A stretch of DNA of 64,000 nt from Phoronis australis (Eukaryota > Animalia > Phoronida). Below are positions 1-13,329 of the stretch, one piece after another. The position numbers and the translations under genes are program-made. The notes under the pieces were generated by a model that did no database searches, had not been told where the DNA came from, and saw only the letters and a list, made by a program, of their open reading frames with translations. Location: assembly GCA_002633005.1 (NCBI GenBank), contig NMRA01000062.1, positions 667,981 to 731,980 of the forward strand. Reading direction: 5' to 3'. Positions within the stretch are counted from its first letter, which is position 1, and the number at the start of each line of letters is the position of its first letter.

Positions 1-1007
1 GTCCCTAATTTGAGAAATAATGCAAACGCCTAAATTGCCCTGGTTTCATATTCCAGAATCAAAAAATTTAATTTTTACATGAGTTTCCTTGAACTCCAAA
101 TTCTAGAGGCTGTCCCAAGTAGGAGAATTTTTATTGCAAGCACCAAACACAGTTGAGCACAAGCAATAGTTGACTTTACAATACTCCAACATTTATTCCA
201 ATTTTCTGTCCTCCCAGCCTCCATTAGAATACGAATCCAGTGCAGTGGTTTTGCACGAATCATCAGACTTCACAACAGCGCAGGTTTAGTAATTTGTGGA
301 GGACAAGTGCAATCCCTCGACTAGATTGCCATCATGAAGGAATATAACAAGTGTGCTTGAAGCTTTTAATAAGTGGGTTTATGAACACCACTCTTAACAG
401 TTGTGACACCAATGAGGATTATGGCTGTATCAGCATCTATAGATCCCACTCAATACTACAGCAAAGTATAGTCACCAACTCAGTTAATAAGAAATGCAAT
501 ATTACTTTTAAGGAGTAAAAACAGTGCCACAGACCTGAGTGAAAAGGTTCCACATAGTAAGCTCCTACACTCTCCTTTGCTCAAAACACAACAATGGTAA
601 ATACATACAGTAACAGGAATTTTCAATTTGTTCAAGAACTAAGTGACAAAAAACTGTTGTTCTTCAGAACGCATGGGCAACATTTCGACAATACACTGAT
701 TGATCATAACAAGACTTGTGGTAATACCACTTCGAATTATCACTACACCTTTCCTGCCATTTAATGACCTGTGATAAGACAAGTGTTGTTTACATGCTGA
801 ATCACTGTTTATTTATAAGTTGTAGATTATAACTGATGAAGTGGCGCTTCAATCCCCATAGTATAAATTGCTGACTCCATGCCAGTACCCTCCACAAAGG
901 GACTTCCCTAGTTATGATACTCCTGGAACTGGAGGTGTGGTTTAGGTTGGGGGAGGGGGGGGGGGGCTGGAGATTTTAGAAGAATACCAAATCTGGTTTT
1001 GGCCTAC

Positions 1008-1704
1008 TAACTATGGAAAGCTAAAGTGGAAAAATTTTCACTGTAAATTTTCTATTTCAGAATTGAATTCTCTGTAGGACCAAACAATATACCCAAATAA
1101 AAGATTTATCACATCAGAGCTTATAATTTATCACATTGGAGCCAAAATTTTATGTCAGGACCAAAAATTTATCACGCCAGAACACAAAATACATCACGCC
1201 ATGGCATAGCATTTCGTGCCAGAAGAAAATTTCTTGCCAGGAGAAAATTTCATGCCAGGAGACCACGACAATGAGGATTCACTGTGCCTCTGTAATACTC
1301 AGCCATATTCAAGTCTAGTGTATCCCAGTGCACAATTTGGCTTCTGTTGTAAAACATGGAAGAGACAACAGAAATTCAACCTCAATGCCACATAACATGA
1401 CTGCCCTGGGCAAAACATTGTGTACCTACTAGTAATCTCTTTGAGGGGTCATTCTCTTCCTGACAAACTTACTTGACAGTCAAATTTTCCAGACTAGTCA
1501 AATTTTCCCGACATAATAAATTTTGTGTCCTGCTGTGATAAATTTTAGACCCTGATGATTAAAATTTTGCTCCTGACCGATAAATTATAGGTCCCAGCAC
1601 GATAAACATTGCTTTTGAGTATATTTTTTGGTCTTGCAGCGAATCAAATTCTTGAATAGAAAATTTGTCCAGGAATTTCTTCTGCATTGGCTTCCCATAA
1701 TTAA
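1008..1704. mobile_element. Degenerate foldback-like element with ~190-bp inverted arms
   Basis: 1008-1200 aligns co-linearly with the reverse complement of ~1508-1704 (tatggaaagc/tatgggaagc, aaattttctatt, gaccaaa.aatatac, aaaatttatcac..cag.acacaaaat). The arms contain ~22-bp subrepeats. Confidence 0.7.
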
Positions 1705-4291
1705 CAGATACTGAAAATCACTTCCCCATCAATTTCTCTGAAAAAAATTAATGCTCTGTAACCCTCGATAACCCTCAGAAGTTTTTAGGAAAATTTGAAA
1801 GCCCCTTTTAAAGTCTGCTAAATGGGCTGACACGTGACCTGCCTTTTTAGTGAATTACACACCACTGTACGAAAAGACCACCTAGCAATAACTATAATAT
1901 CCAATGTGTGGCAAAGGGAGCATGAATGTTTAGTTGATTACAGCTTTTAACTTTCAATGACGCCTATTTACTGGTGACACAACGACGATTGGTTGAAATC
2001 TTCAAAACATGGTTTGCTATCCCTCTAAACTAGTGTAACGTGACCCACTAATGTAGCAACTTACTCCACCGTATCAAGGTACGGCAACTTAAGGTAACTT
2101 GCGCCTCTTCTAATCGCAGTGTTGCTACAAACCTGGCATAAGGCTGAATTAATTATCACCTGCATGCTTGCAGTTACACATACGGGTATTTTTATCAGGT
2201 GCTCACTGTCATGCGCATGGCGACAATGTTTGCCTTACACTTTATTGGATATATGTGCGTGCGCGTGCACGCTTAGCTTAAAGCGGGTCAAGTTGCTCTA
2301 GTGCAAATCGTTCTAGCATGACGTGTATGAATATGTGCGGATAAGACATATGTCTGAAGGCAATGAGCGGATGCCAAGTGTGCAGGATGTATTTGGGCCA
2401 ATACTGTGCCCAAATTTTGAGAACCCGCAATTCAGTAGAGAAAATCAAGCTTGTTTTTTAGATAATGAAAGCTGGCCAATCCATCTCTTCGTCCCAGACA
2501 GCTGGCCATGCACTACAGGCTACCGCCACAAGCCAATGAGTAACTCAATCTAAGTGTCAGACCTCATTTTTAGATAAACCAAATTTTTATAACGAGACAA
2601 CAGAGATTTTGAGATTTTTTTGTAAATAAAGCAGGAATTCTTGTACCATGTGCAATGAGAAAATTTTCCGATCAGTGTCATGAATGCGATGATTAATTTA
2701 TCATCAAGCTTGCACAAGCAACTGCCACATCACATGGAACATTTTCCAAAATAAATTAAGCAAAATTTAGTTAAAAAGGGATTGTGGTATTTTTGCATTA
2801 ATACGATTTTTTTCGCAATCCCAATTCCGCAAAACATTTCGCAAAAACTGTCCGCAAAAAAGTCGCATGAAAAGGCCTTATGTTTAGAGTCCAGCGGTAT
2901 GCTGATACAGTACAATCTCACCGATTTCGGAGAGATATAATTGCCGAAAGTCCCCATTTTTCATTTTCCAAGGGCTTCTGACATTGTTCTTCATGCTCAC
3001 AATTTTTCAAAACATTGTCTGATAGAAGCTACTGTCTGGAACATCATCTTGGTAAAGCAAAGGACAAGGCAAATGAAACAAATGTCACTTAGCCATATTG
3101 TGTCCTAAATTATAATTATCAGGTGTGACTTATGAGATAGTGACTTTTAGGGCCACTTAAAATTTGCGATTTGTTTACCCATTCCAAAGTCTCTTCCTTT
3201 TGGTCGCACTGTGATTATGGCTAATGTTTATTAGTTTCTATCTACAAACATGTTGGTATAAACTATAATTTGATAACATTTATTATTTTCACTTTCTCCA
3301 AGTTATCAAGTGCACCTCCACTTTAGTGGCATTTACTCAACATTAGATCACAACACTGGATCAGCAAGAGTCATTACTTGAAGACTGTCTGCCTATTTTT
3401 GCATAAACAACAGCTGACACCCAAACCAGGTGGAACACAAGGGAATCTCTCTTTATATATATGCTATTGGGCAAGCCTAACAGTTTGGGTTTAGAGCAAT
3501 TGACCGAGAGCAGCTAGCTCTACTGGTGTCAAAAATGGCCGCCGCTAGTCAGCTTGCTCCGCGTCAGTCGTTGCACCCGACCAGCTGCTCGCTGCTTCGT
3601 GTTAGTTTCGAGTAAATGTGGCATGATGAAATTGTTCAGCGTTTACGCAAAGAAACATCATATTCCTTCTTATTATGTAGAAAGACATTAGAAGAGTACT
3701 TAAAATATCTAAGCTAAGAATAGAATTCAATAGCTAACTGCACTTGAATGACTTCTTTTGATTTTACTAGATTGTAGACGTGCGATTTGTTACAGTCAAT
3801 TTCCTGCTTGTGAAAGTAAAATTCAGTGTCATTCATTTCAGCCACCATTTTGGTAGTGCAACACCAGAAATTCAAAAATTAAATTCAAAATTCTGAATTG
3901 AAGTTTGTATGTTTGGATTTCATGTTGAACGACATCATTAATTCTTATTTCTTTCCATTTGGAATTCTTTTTTGACGTCAGTAACAGCATTGAAGCAGAG
4001 ACCAGACCTTTAATTAAGACTTAATTGATTAATTGGATATCACAGCTAGAAACATACCCTTAATCAAGAAAACACTTCACTTGTCAAACAGAGTCCATTT
4101 TATCATCCAAAACTTTTAACCTACCATCCATTTTGACAAACCTCCTTCAAGACCTATCAAGTCAACCTAACTTTGTCAACAGTTTACACTATGCGGAGGT
4201 GGCAGTGGAAAGGGGGTAGGGAGCAGAAGGAAGTCACTGTCCACAGATTCAAATGCTAGTTTTGTGGATTCAGGGGTACTAAATTATTTGA

Positions 4292-4843
4292 GGTGCTTTC
4301 CCATTAGAGGCGAAACTTCCTTTTTATCAAAGTTTCGGAAAGTGGAAACGGTTAACTCCGGTAGTCAATCTGCAAGCGACACTTCGCTTAAACTAGTAGG
4401 ATCTAAAAGCAAAGCTTTGGTACTCACCGAAACTTCGGTGCAGTGGAATGATCACAGTGAAGTTTTATAGTAATTACCGGTAGAGGTCGCGGCAACAATA
4501 TACAATCACGCGAGATTCGCAAACCATGTTCTTTGTTACTGTAGCATAGCGGATGTGCTCCCGATAGACGCAAAAAAAACAATAAAAGAAAGCACATATG
4601 TATGAAGAATGACACTGATAATTTTCATAAACACTCGTAAATGGAAAAACAACTTTCATTACGTAGCCACAAACCCACTACTCAATATTCTTTTGAGAGT
4701 ACATATCAACTGCGCCGTCTGGTGTCTACTCCGATGACTGAATCGCCATTTAGTGATAACTTGGATATCACAGTCAAGTCGCAAAGGCAAGTGAAGTTTC
4801 AATGAAACTTAGGTAAATCGAAGTTCCCTAATGGGAAAGCACC
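4292..4843. mobile_element. MITE / non-autonomous DNA transposon, 552 bp
   Basis: Perfect 16-bp terminal inverted repeats GGTGCTTTCCCATTAG ... CTAATGGGAAAGCACC. No coding capacity and no clear TSD. Confidence 0.7.
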
Positions 4844-6639
4844 ATGGGAAGTCGGAATATTCACGAGAAGCAAAGAATCGCAATCCTATATCTCCATGAC
4901 AAAATAATCTTTTTAGTTGTAACTGATATCAAATATTGGTAAAATCTCAATAATTTACGACATCAGTGAAATTTTTTGAAGCATTTTTGTGATCGTAGCA
5001 AAAAATTAATTTGTTTTCAATTTTCAAATTTTATTCTACGGCTACCATTAAGGGAAGTTTCGAAAATTTGCGGGAATTCACAAAAACTGTAGAAGTCCTT
5101 GGGAAATTATTAAAAAGGTTTATTTTTGTCTGATTTCATTGTACAAACAGTCAGTTTGCTCACCAATGCCATGATTTTCATCACACGTAGTGATAGTAAC
5201 GGTCAGGCAAATAATCACGTTTTTCTTTCAGATAAATTTCTATTTAACTAGGAGTTTTTTTACATTAATTAGGAAGTAAATTTGCTGGGATTCTGAGTTC
5301 CATCCAATTTCACAGGATTAATACTGTGGACATTATTCATGAATTCACAATTTCCTGCTCAATTAAAACTTCAAGCCAGACTGCTCTTGTATCCTGTGCT
5401 CCAATGGAAATTTATTCAATTAGCAGAATGATCTTATCAGTGTCACAGATGTCTGACAAGAGCATTGTCAAGAACTGATAAGAGTAGGTAAAGAATTTGC
5501 TGATTGTCCATCACATGGGGACACAGCAGATCTCCTGGAAACAATTCCTGCCACACTTGTGGGAATCTGAAAAAACATGGGAACGCTGTTGTCTAGGGGG
5601 CCCATTGGATGCAGATTGTCCAAGTACTATACAGTGTCCGCACTCAGTTGAGAGTGCCCAGTACAAAACGGAGCAATGAAGGTTAGACCACAATGTTCTG
5701 TGTTTCTGGTCAAGTTGTGCAGTAAATTATGTGCAGTAAAGAAATAATTTCAAGTGCTAAAAATAACGAAAAAACTGCAGTGGGTACATTGAACACGAGA
5801 CTGTGGTGGTAGTAAATGGAAATCGAAATTTGTGCACAGAAAGCCCCCCCCCCCAATCCTGCCCTCCTCCCAAGCCACCCCAAATTCCCCGGATTCTAAC
5901 TTTGAGGGGAATTTTGATCAGTTGAGGAAATTTTGCAAGTGATTCTTAAATGGTTTTCAGGGCGTAATGAAGCTAATACATACAGCTTCATAACCAAGGT
6001 GTTGAGGGAAAAGAAAAAGGCTTTAGAATTTGATCATGTTGCTCAAATTGGACTATGGTGGCTAAAAATTTACACATGTTGAACAACTTTGACGAGGGGC
6101 TCAATCTTTTAATATAAAAATTTAATAGACTGCAATGTAAACCAGCCTTTAGAACTAAAAATACAGTGTGCAAAATCTGTTCCACCTCCCTTGAGGTTTC
6201 ATAAACTGGTGCTAACAATGTGTTCTTCATTCATTCTTAACAATTCCACTACCAATGTACCAATGCTGCACAAGTATGCAAGACAGAATTATACAGCCTC
6301 AGATGTTGGTTGTAAAAATATTAATCTCAGACAGCACAGGAGGTGCTGATTCCAGATTACATAAACAACGATGACCAAACAAGTAGTTAGATGGGTAGCA
6401 TTGGTTTAATGTGCCACCATTGTGCAACAGAACTTCACTTTAATTTCACGTCTGAAATCCCAACATTCAGCTTCCAAGATATTCTTTACTCCCAATTATT
6501 TGTTTTAAAGAATGCTCATAATTTAAAACATTTAATTGACTTGTGCTTAGACTAGTTTCGATCAGTGTAATTGTTCAAATATTTTGCCGATCACAAGGAG
6601 ATGCGGAGATAAAAACTTCTGGTGTGACATAAAAAAGCT

Positions 6640-7381
6640 GGTAATAGTTGGATATGTGGGTCCCTGATTTAAAATTGATTTGATAACCAGTTACTACAAC
6701 TCAATACTGGGCGTTGTTCAGTGGGACTAACTGGTTCTCAAATCAGGGACACCAGAATATTACCATAACGTTCATTAAAGTACTGGTATTTAACAGTAAA
6801 CTGAAACAATGGTGAGTGTGGGATGACTACCATGTTAACTACAATTTTGGTAAACAGCCACTTGCAGATATGTACCACACCTTGAGTAACACTGAATAAC
6901 ACACAAAAAACTTAGATTCTCAAATTTTGGGACTCCAGTGACCACCAGTACTCCAGTAGTGGCTAGTTCCCAATTTTGTATTTAAGAGGGTGACAGACCG
7001 AGTAGTGCAGTCTTGGACAGTTGGACACTTAGTTTAGGATTGGAAACAAAGAGAAGACAGTAAAAGTGGTCCCTCTTCAAATTGGTTGTCGAGAACCAGT
7101 TTTCACTGAATAACAGCAATGCCCACTGGCATTGGCGGTATTCAATGAAACTGATTCCCAGTAGCCATTTAGAAAGGGGACCCGTTTGCGCCACATTTAC
7201 CAAAGTAATAGTCATATAGGTGGTTCCCTGGGGGTCCCTGATTTAAAGTTAATTTAAGAACCAGTTACTACCACTGAATAACACTAACACTAACAAGCAT
7301 TATTCATAATTCAGTGGCAGTAAATGCCTCTCAAAGTCTCAAATCAGGGGCCCACATGACCACGTATCCGACTATTCGACC
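6640..7381. mobile_element. Non-autonomous element with inverted ends and two internal palindromic units
   Basis: Left ggtaatagttggatatgtgggtccctgattt versus right reverse complement ggtcgaatagtcggatacgtggtcatgtgggcccctgattt. Units ~6658-6752 and ~7231-7352 both read gtccctgatttaaa..aaccagttactac..ttcagtgg..tctcaaatcaggg. Confidence 0.6.
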
Positions 7382-9155
7382 TGCTTGAGTTGGTCTATCT
7401 ATTACCTTGATCAACCTACAAAAAGTGAACAGCAAACACTGTTTAATAATTTATTGGTGTAGACTGTCTAACAGTCACTAAAACTACATCTCATAGCAAG
7501 CATTCATGTCAACTCTGTCATCATTGCTTGGGACTGCAAACATGAATCTCAATCTAACAAGAATGTTGTAGCATTTTCAAACAATACCTTCTCTCAAAGG
7601 GACGCCTTCAATGGTCTCCATTATGATACCCACAAATTTTATTCAACAGCTTTGTTGTTACTAATCCATTTTGTCCAGCAGTATTTACGACAAATCCGCA
7701 ACTTATCACACGTTATAACTCCGTTGTTATTCGACCACTTCCACTTCCTTCTGATGCAGCCAAAAGGTGTCGCTTATTTTTAAGCAAGAGCGACATCTAT
7801 TAGATGGAAGAAGAAAAGCGCATTTCGTCCAGTGGGCCAATACCAGTACCGCGGTTCCCAGGACTCCCAGACCATTAGGACGCTGTTCTTTTTTGTAAAG
7901 TAATACATTCAAATGATACTTTTATGTATGAAAAGCCACACATTGAGAATCCAAGAAGCCCTGGAATATCCAGCCATTGGGTGCAGCCGTTTATTATACG
8001 AAGCCACGACAGTGTCGTTACGTAACTAGACTTCACCGTCTGAAATTTCAGCCTTATCTGTCTTCAAAACTATGGCCTAGGTTTCAACTTCGTTAACGTA
8101 TTTTTATATCACTTCTGAAAACTGATAACCTGTGGAGTTAAACTGTTGCTAACGTTGACTTGTTTTGGCGTCACTTTTCTTGCTGTCCATCTATGACATC
8201 ATCATTTTTTTCTGTAATCAGTTTTATGAGGAAACCTTCCTCACTAGGAGAAAAGTGTTCTGACCTTTTTCTACTCATTTTATTGATGACAGAGATACCA
8301 GGAAAATACGTCAGCACTGATTCTACCTACAACTGTGTGCTGTCATTGAAACCTACGTGATCACAGTTTCTTTGAAACACTTCAGTAGTTTCTTTGTGGG
8401 GTTAACCTAGCTCGACACATTGGGGTGCCTTGGATACTTTAAACCAGGTTTCACTGAACCCGCTCCCTGTAAACAAGAGCTACATGGAGAGTTGAAGTGC
8501 AACCACGACTGCAATGCAATTCCAGTAGTGTTTTTAATATCGCAAAAATTGCGATTAAACGACATAGAAAACATTAAACCTATCCAAAGCAAGGCGTCAT
8601 CTTCTCTCTAAGAACACTGCCCGGCAAAATTAAATGGAAATCCGCAAGGGAACTTTAAAGATAGAGACAGGCGTATTTCACTTTTTTGAGAGAAAAATAT
8701 CCATTAGGAGGCACAGCAGTGCTTCAATTGTTGTCGAGTTTAAAATAGGATTACACGCGCCAAATTTTGACCTTGCAAGAGGTTAAGTGAGTAGACATTA
8801 ACGCAGATGTTAATAAGAGCAACGTTGAAATGCGCCCACGATAGCACTGCAAAAGGTGTGCTTCAATGAGAATTTTTAGAATTATAAGAATGTCCATTAG
8901 ATGCCGCATATTGCGTCAAACCATCCGAATTGAGAAGGTGGCGTCATTTCTATAAAACATGACTATTTGCCAAATTTCATGAAAGCTAACGAAATTCTAA
9001 GATATAGAGGCAAACGTAAAAAAAAACAATTGACATTAGGTGCCACAGCTATAGTCCGATTTGTCTGTAACTCGTCATCTCTTGCCACTGCCGTTGCCGT
9101 CACTCATGAGATGTATAAAAACAGTTGGCTGCAAACAGTTATTGGACAGATACAG

Positions 9156-9220
9156 GGTCCTCGGTAGCTAAATTGGAAGAGCACGATACCGGCAACCTAG
9201 AGACCTGTGGTTCGATTCCC
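9156..9220 (+). mobile_element. tRNA-derived SINE head or tRNA pseudogene
   Basis: Pol III A box TAGCTAAATTGG (9165) and B box GGTTCGATTCC (9209) at tRNA-like spacing. There is no proper acceptor stem. Confidence 0.6.
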
Positions 9221-9775
9221 AGAGATTTTCCGAGACGGCAGGGACAGGTGTAGGCCGGGGCAGAAGCAGTGCAACCAATTCTTCAATTTTGCTATCATCA
9301 TCACTTGTACTTTCGTATACATGTTATGATTTGAGTTCTGATAAAGATTAAACTTGAACTAATGGCACGTGTAGTTTTGGTCGCTGAATGTTTAGTGTAG
9401 ACGTAATCTGGAAAATTCAATTAACTAAACTAATTAGGCTTAGCTGACGATCAAAATCTACCAGTGTTTTGGTACTTCAAGTTTAAAAATAGAATAAAAA
9501 GATATCAACCCGTCCCCGGTAAAAAACAGGTAGACAGGAGTATTAAAACCAGTATGAAACATGCTGTTCCTTTGGGAAATGGTCCTGGGTCAAGATAAAC
9601 ACACCCATTTAACTTTTTAATCATTTTATATGTAAAATTTATCAAGTTAAAACTACTCTTCACAGTTGCAGGCTATATCTCTGTGCAAATGCCAGAGAAA
9701 ATCAATTTGGGTCTAATAACAACCATCATTGTTGGGACAGTGCTAGCTATTACCTTTCCATTTCATTAACTCAGA

Positions 9776-9922
9776 TCTACATCAATACAATGGGCGAGCT
9801 GAAATTCATCATAAAAATTGCCTAGGGAGTCTGAGTGAAAACTATTGTAAGCGAGAAATTCTCCCTATGGTAAAACGAAAAGAGAGATACATTCACAGGA
9901 AAACAACGATGTCAAGAACATG
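9776..9922 (+). other. Candidate 5'UTR exon of the giant gene
   Basis: Acceptor tttcattaactcag and a strong donor gg|gtaagt. No frame runs through to the main CDS. Confidence 0.35.
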
Positions 9923-10969
9923 GGTAAGTTTCGTTTGATGTAAATTTTCAAGTTAAAATCCCAAAAAACCTTTTACAGTTTTCTAAATTTTTATTTTCAT
10001 GTAAATTTTGAGTTTTTCATAAAAATCTTAAAAAACTTATTTTTTGATAGCAGCTCATGTAAAAGTGGGTCATTTTAAAAACATTTCCTACGAGAATTGT
10101 GACGAACAATACATAAAGCATAGTATCTAAAATTTTCGTATGAATCCAATCGGCTGCTTCTGAGATATAAAGTTCCGAAGTTAGCCAAATGTTAACATTT
10201 TCTAGGGTTCCATATAACAATGACATTGTATGAACACACGTCACGTTCCTATTGGTGAACAGTGTGAGTGACGTCAAGCAACAATCAAACATATCCGCCC
10301 TTACACAAGTTTTGAACCTTCATGCAACTCAGTTGCGATTTCTTTGTCAATGTTTCGTACCAATTTCACATTGTGCCAAATACCGTGGTCAACACTGAGT
10401 TATATTAAAATGGACTTAGTCCCTCTTTAAACTAGTGTGATTTTAAGAACGCAACCCGTGCAGACGCCAATGATGTTCAGAAAATCACTTTGTTAAAACT
10501 AAATCTAAAAACCTGGCACGTGATATCAGTAACGCAAAGGAAAGGAAACGAACACAGCTCACGGATTCGGTGAGTTATGTTCCTTTTAGCTCCACATTTG
10601 TTGGCTGTAGGCAACCATACCTTCTTCTGTCTGTTCCTCGTATCCATCAATGGCACCAACACTGTGTAACTAAACGTGAATAATTGGGAGATTCGGCTGC
10701 ATGCTTTCTGTACATGGATTGTCAACTCTTAAAAGTTACTTCAAAGATAAATGCTTTGACAAAAATTTTTGTCACTACGTGGTTGGGAAAAAGTTAAGCT
10801 TCAAGTGCATCCGGGCAACTATTTCCTAACGAACCATCAAGATGCGCTTGCTTGCTTCTCGTTGCAAGTTTTAAATGTTCGAAAACCTGAGTACTGGAAG
10901 TGAACTCACGATTTAGACCAATCACCGCTATTAACTTCTTCACAGAGATGAGAAGGGACTTCTTGGTTG

Positions 10970-11760
10970 GCAAATAACAGACGGATTGTTATTCCTGAGA
11001 CTACTTTTGGTGCGTCATCTCGTAATCATCTAAATTTACAAATGACGAATTGTGGTGATGGGAGGGCTAGACCCTAATAGCCGCCAACAGAAATAAAGCA
11101 GTGCAGGACTGAACTTTTCCAATGTTATGTTGATATACATGAACACAAATCGAGTACTTCGCAAATAGCAGCTCGGAGATTTCTTGACTACTCCAAAAAT
11201 CATGGCCGACGCACCATAGGGGGCTGGGGGGACCGTTATTTCTGTGCTTCGCAAGACACTTTTTATTGTTAAAACTCTGTTTTGTACAGACTGACAACGT
11301 TCAGCGTCATACTTGATACATGTACAATAGTGCTGTGTAAATTTTGTGAATCTTCACAAGTTTGNGCAAATAACTGACGGATTGTTATTCCTGAGACTAC
11401 TTTTGGTGCGTCATCTCGTAATCATCTAAATTTACAAATGACGAATTGTGATGATGGGAGGGCTAGACCCTAATAGCCGCCAACAGAAATAAAGCAGTGC
11501 AGGACTGAACTTTTCCAATGTTATGTTGATATACATGAGCACAAATCGAGTACTTCGCAAATAGCAGCTCGGAGATTTCTTGACTACTCCAAAAATCATG
11601 GCCGACGCACCATAGGGGGCTGGGGGGACCGTTATTTCTGTGCTTCGCAAGACACTTTTTATTGTTAAAACTCTGTTTTGTACAGACTGACAACGTTCAG
11701 CGTCATACTTGATACATGTACAATAGTGCTGTGTAAATTTTGTGAATCTTCACAAGTTTG
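10970..11760. repeat. 395-bp direct duplication around a single n (11365), probable assembly overlap artefact
   Basis: 10970-11364 and 11366-11760 are near identical (three substitutions seen). Confidence 0.9.
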
Positions 11761-12562
11761 AAAAGAAATTTAGACTAGTCCGCCACCTGAGCAACGGTGA
11801 CTGCGACAGTTTTGGTCGAATCTATATGGCTACGAATGCGAATGACCGATCACGTGGCACAGCGGGAACCAACTCTTGATATGTCAACTGTGACCTTGAG
11901 GAAGTGCTGTAACTGAATAAGTCTCGTGTTTCTCAGAAGCATACGACTAGTGACAACAAGTTTGGGTAAGATGGTCAAAATTCGTTTAATGACCTTTAAA
12001 TTGTTTTCTGGTAACGTTTGACTTGTGCTTGAGACACTCCAATTGTTTCAGAGAGAAAAACGTCCACACCCACAATTAAAGGAGTCCTCGCAGCCGACGT
12101 TGCAAAAAAGCGAAACCCTGTCGGCCTATTCATGACGTCAGAGAAATGTTGAAACGAAATTCGTTTTGCCTTCTCCAACCAGGCTAGCTACCGAAAGCCC
12201 AAGTTTAGGACGAAGTTTAAAGGTACGCCGGTTGTTTAAGTTATCATTTTTTATCAGTCAATAATCGTAACAGGTGGCAATAGTGCATTCACAAAGGTCA
12301 AGGCCAGATCACTATCTAAATTCATGACAGGGTACGATACAACATGAGCGAGAAAGCCAATTAAAGGTCGATTACGCTTACCGTGCTACACGGCGTTAGA
12401 ATTTTCCTCACGCAAGGAAAGCTACCAGTTTCTGCCATGTAGGGAAACTGGGAGTCGTCATATAACCGAGTAACTTGAAGAGGTAAAATTCATGTAGAAA
12501 GGTTTCAGATATATTTTGTATAAGTTACTGGTTAGGAATTTGGTTTATGATTTGTATTTTAG

Positions 12563-12593
12563 GAAAGAATGCAAGAGGGAAATACCCCTTGAG
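12563..12593 (+). other. Candidate 31-nt 5' exon of the giant gene
   Basis: Acceptor tttgtattttag and donor gag|gtatgc. Confidence 0.35.
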
Positions 12594-13172
12594 GTATGCA
12601 CGTGATCACTCCTAAATGGTCCTTATCAGAACCACGCATGCTCGTGACAGCGGAATTTTGAAATGTGGGGTTACCTTAATCGCTGTAATTATCATACGTA
12701 ATACACCATGAAAAAATCGCCCAAGGCCAGGTGTTATGCCCTGGCAGGACCACCACCACCCGGTACCCCACCATCAGCAGTCCACCACCTCCACTACCTG
12801 CATCACCACCACAGACTACACCGGTTGAATTAGTCGCCTCTCCAGTATAACCAAGAAAAAAATTCTACTACTGAATAATTCATATATTATTCAAAGGCTA
12901 TGTTGTGCTGTTTACCGTAAACGCTAGATTTCAACAAGATTGCGGCTTGCAAGTCGAGCATTTTACCGGAGTTGATCATCAACTTTCCTGTAAAAGTTCC
13001 TAAGCACCTCTGAATATCGGCCACCGATTTGTGAGGTAGGCCTCTCATGTAGGTTCGTTGGCCGTGCTTTGAGATACACTGTATATGCACTGCACTATGT
13101 CGATCATTTTACTTGTTCTAGCATAACATAGACTACACTATGCCCAAACTGAGGGTGCCAAGCGAATATTGA

Positions 13173-13329
13173 ATGCCACGAAAGACAGAAACAAGATCCC
13201 GTCTTGGTGAAAAATCCCGGGTAGCCATGTCTTATGAGCGCACGAGGAAAACGTACCCCCAGCGGCACTCGCCCAATGCCAACAACCGGGAATATGTACA
13301 GAAACAACAGCTACACGAAAGCAGCGCGG
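13173..13329 (+). CDS. Giant protein, putative first coding exon (MPRKTETRSRLGEKSRVAMSYERTRKTYPQRHSPNANNREYVQKQQLHESSA)
   Basis: ATG at 13173 has an in-frame TGA directly upstream. There is an acceptor (tttacttgttctag) ending at 13121. A weak phase-1 donor (g|gtattc) at 13330 fits the next exon. Confidence 0.5.

Noticed and set aside
12708-12850. Pro/His-rich stretch (CCA repeats) as a coding exon
   Set aside because: No good acceptor/donor pair in a compatible phase, so it is more likely a degenerate (CCA)n tract.
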